The notes beneath the pieces were generated by a model, which searched no databases, was not told the DNA's origin, and saw nothing but the letters and a program-made list of their open reading frames with translations. From the NCBI RefSeq assembly GCF_037042905.1, contig NC_087251.1, positions 25,856,001 through 25,920,000 of the forward strand: a DNA stretch of 64,000 nt. The letters are read 5' to 3'. The translations under genes were made by a program, and so were the position numbers. Of this stretch, positions 63,377 to 64,000 are shown one piece after another. Numbering within the stretch: the stretch's first letter is position 1; each line of letters begins with the position of its first letter. Origin of the DNA: Lytechinus pictus (Eukaryota).

Positions 63377-64000
63377 CAGTGCGTATCAAAAAAAAGTTTA
63401 CACTTAGAAAAAATCCTGTAAAATTATACATTTGTATTATCCTGAAGATTTTTCCACATTTTAACATTGGTACAGATCCATTTAAGCAAATAACGAAAAA
63501 TATTTCCACTTGAGTGAGCAACACTTACTTCTGATAAGTTAGTGAAAAATGATTTGCGCAGAACTTTGAAATAGTTATTCGAATAAAAGTAGACCTTAAT
63601 CATGAAGAACATGTGGGATTTAGCTAGTGCAATTGATTTGAAGATATCCTTTACCTTTTTTAACTTGTTTCCTTGCCCAAAACACTTCGCAGAGTGCATT
63701 GTGCCCCACCCTACTCCCCCACACACCGAGGCCATCGTGACGATATTTGCTTTACACTGAGCTGTGATTTACATGAAATGACTTAGGCTTGATTTTCATT
63801 TTGTTAATCATTGTCAAGCTTGGAAGAAGTGTGGAGAAACAAGTAATAAATGAAAAATGTAAACCCACTTTAAATGATAAAAACTTAGTGACAAAATGCA
63901 GGAGATGTCTGATATAAACTTTTGTTCAGATTCAGTTGTCCTCAGATCCAGCTGGCACAAAAAGGGTACGTGCTTACTATGTGTTGAAATTTCAATTCGG
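63377..64000 (-). mobile_element. Tc1/mariner-like non-autonomous element (second copy, runs off the window)
   Basis: TA|CAGTGCGTATCAAAAAAAAGTTACACTT. Reverse-complement homology to 25737-26512. Confidence 0.85.

Overview
AT-rich, repeat-rich eukaryotic genomic DNA from an invertebrate animal. The SINE/MITE repertoire suggests an echinoderm such as a sea urchin, which is inference only. One long + strand gene spans almost the whole window. I assembled it by hand from 17 coding exons (ATG at 758 or 725, TGA ending 62350), all with GT-AG introns and matching phases, giving about 1116 aa from ATG 758. It encodes a type I membrane protein: signal peptide, IGFBP domain, FN3, 4x VWC, FN3, 2x VWC, 2x FN3, TM and a 65-aa tail. 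The IGFBP and VWC modules look CCN-like, while the VWC+FN3+TM layout recalls Drosophila Stranded-at-second (Sas). The tail has an ITIM-consensus tyrosine motif and a duplicated RRxS-xxx-LL motif. Intron 1 is about 37.4 kb. The introns carry tRNA-derived SINEs, many non-autonomous DNA transposons (hAT-, Tc1/mariner-, Harbinger-, Kolobok- and CACTA-like by termini and TSD), a 2.6-kb foldback element, a 3.9-kb near-palindromic TAG..CTA element and a ~2-kb 61-64-bp minisatellite. No autonomous transposase/RT ORF, rRNA, true tRNA or CRISPR array was found.
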